Positions 61,803 through 64,000 of a stretch of DNA of 64,000 nucleotides are shown here, one piece after another. Origin of the DNA: Eledone cirrhosa (Eukaryota); NCBI GenBank assembly GCA_964016885.1, contig OZ024743.1, positions 90,582,001-90,646,000 on the forward strand, given 5' to 3'. The notes beneath the pieces are model-generated. The model ran no database searches. It was not told where the DNA came from and was given only the letters and a program-made list of their open reading frames with translations. Each line of letters starts with the position of its first letter. Within the stretch, counting starts at the first letter, position 1. Position numbers and translations under genes: made by a program.

Positions 61803-64000
61803 CATGTCGATATGTAACACAAACTTCAAAAAACCCGACAACCACCTGATCACCTATAGATCAGGGGAGCATTCTAGTCAGATAGATTTTACCCTCATCA
61901 GAGGATGTGACAGATGGACGGTCGTAAACACAAAAGCCTTCCCTAGTGAGGAATGTACCTCCCAACATAGCTTAGTTGTCAGCGACCTCATGGTCAGAAC
62001 TAGACGAACCTGGAGAAGAAAGATCTGGAAGCTGAAAGACCCCTCAGCCAGTAACAGATTTAAAGATATTTTACTCAACGCCTACGACAATAAAGAAGAA
62101 CAAATAGAGACATTCTATGTAGAAGAGCACTGGGAGTTCCTAAAAAATAACTTACTAGAGGCGACGATGAGATCTGTGGCTGGAGTAAGACCACAAGCAG
62201 GAGGAGAGTGACTTGGTGGTGGAACAATAAGGTAGATGAGGCAGTTAAGGCCAAGAGACAGGCATGGAAAGAATGGAAGAACGAGGGAAGCAGGGTACAT
62301 TACATAGAGACCAAGAGGGAAGCTAGGCGACAAGTATACTTAGCTAGGAGGGAAGCAGAGGATAGAAAATTCAAGCATGTTTTGCAACGTGAGGACCAGA
62401 AACAGGTGTTCAAGATTGCGAGGCAGTGTGTCAGAGAGTATTGTGATGTCATTGGAGAGAAGTGTATCCGGAATGATAAAGGTGAGCTTGCCCTTACAAG
62501 TGCTGAGAAAAAAGATGCATGGAAGAGCCATTATGATAGATTACTAAATGAGGAGAATGCATAGAAAGAAGAGACCCTATAGAGAGGCCAGCAATACAAG
62601 TCAGCAGCAGCGTAGTAAGTAAGGCAATCAAAGATATGAAGAGGGGGAAGGCAACCGGTCCATCGGGTATAGCTGCCGAGATGCTGAAGGCATCTGGGTC
62701 TGTAGGTCACACTATAACCTCACGTATTGTTAACCAGGTAATACTAGAAGGTGTCATACCAAAAAGATTGGTGCAGTAGCATCATTGTCAACTGCTACAA
62801 AGGTAAAGGTGATGCACTAGATAGAGGAAACTATAGAGGTATAAAGCTGATGGACCAGGTCATGAAAGTAACAGAAAGAGTTATAGCACAGTTGATTAGA
62901 GACCGGGTGAAACTAGATGAGATGCAATTTGGGTTTGTACCAGGAAGAGGCACCACTGATGCCCTCTTCCTTGTGAGGCAGTTACAGGAAAAGTACCTAG
63001 CTAAAAGTAAGCCACTCTACCTAGCATTCGTCGATCTCGAGAAAGCCTTTGACAGAGTTCCACGTGCTATAATCTGGTGGGCTCTTAGAAAACTAGGAGT
63101 AGATGAATAGCTTGTGAAAGCTGTACAAGCCATGTATAGGGGAGCAGTCAGCAAAGTTAGGATTAGCAATGAGTATAGCGAGGAATTTAGCGTACAGGTT
63201 GGTGTCCACTAGGGCTCTGTTCTTAGCCCTCTCCTGTTCATCATAGTCCTGCAGGCAATAACAGAGGAGTTTAAGACCAGATGCCCATGGGAACTCCTGT
63301 ATGCAGATGACCTCGCACTTATAGCTGAATCTATGGTAGAACTAGAGAAGAAATTCCAAACTTGGAAGCAGGGACTAGAAAGAAAGGGTCTCAAAGTCAA
63401 CCTGACAAAGACTAAGGTCCTTGTAAGTAGACTAGAAAACAGAACCCAGATCCTCTCAGGGAAATGGCCTTGCTCAGTATGTAGGAAAGGTGTAGGTAGG
63501 AACTCCATTCTCTGCCCCAAATGCAAACAATGGGTACACAAGAGATGTAGCGGGATCTCAGGAAGCTTAATGAAGAATGTAGGCTTCACATGTAGCAACT
63601 GTGCTGGGACAGCAAGCAGCAAACAGCCACAGGAAACAAGTACCACCAATCTCTGGGAGGGCTCTGTAAACAGCTTCTGCTACCTAGGTGACCGAATTAG
63701 CAGCGGAGGTGGATGTTCAGAAAGTACAATAACTAGGGTAAGAACGGGATGGAAGAAGTTTAGGGAACTACTGCCACTGCTAGCCGCAAAAGGCTTTTCC
63801 CTCAAAATGAAAGGCAGACTGTATGATGCGTGTATCCGAACAGCAATGTTACATGGTAGTGAGACCTGGGCGCTGAAGGTAGAAGACTGACGTAGATTAG
63901 AAAGAAACGAAGCCTGCAGGCTCCGATGGATGTGTAATAGTAATATACGCGAACGGCAAAGCATAAATGAATTGAGAGAGACTGAGCATAAGAGGAATCA
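61803..64000 (+). mobile_element. RTE-clade LINE ORF (AP-endonuclease C-terminus plus reverse transcriptase), disrupted, in a PPAN intron and antisense to it
   Basis: ITYRSGEHSSQIDF..SQHSLVV (APE end); KGKGDALDRGNYRGIKL, QFGFVPGRGTTDALF, YLAFVDLEKAFDRVPR, GVH*GSVLSPLLF, LLYADD, FCYLGD, MLHGSETW; several in-frame stops and frameshifts; runs off the window. Confidence 0.95.

Overview
AT-rich, repeat-dense animal genomic DNA. The SINE/LINE repertoire suggests a coleoid cephalopod such as Octopus; this is inference, not verified. Two intron-rich genes lie in tandem on the minus strand. The first is a complete 12-exon GATB (mitochondrial Glu-tRNA(Gln) amidotransferase subunit B; CDS 46051->11590, 529 aa by my exon join, all GT-AG and in phase). 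The second is the last 8 coding exons of PPAN/Ssf1 (61662->50122); its 5' end is outside the window. About 19 kb of intron is four large minisatellite arrays (48, 29, 31 and 29/31 bp units), which account for all the very long ORFs in the track. Interspersed repeats include many tRNA-derived SINEs, RTE, CR1/L2 and CRE-like LINE fragments, a decayed mariner, piggyBac-type MITEs and hAT elements. The most unusual object is a very young 2.1 kb non-coding LTR retroelement in GATB intron 8. It has 367-bp LTRs ending TG...TA, a GATG target-site duplication, and a tandemly duplicated tRNA-Trp primer-binding site that stays complementary to the tRNA for about 32 nt, with a mismatch at the position of m1A58. 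Other leads are a cloverleaf tRNA-like element clamped by a 14-bp inverted repeat, a 7.3 kb satellite ending in a hAT-like terminus, and several intronic hairpins. I found no prokaryotic-type system or CRISPR array.
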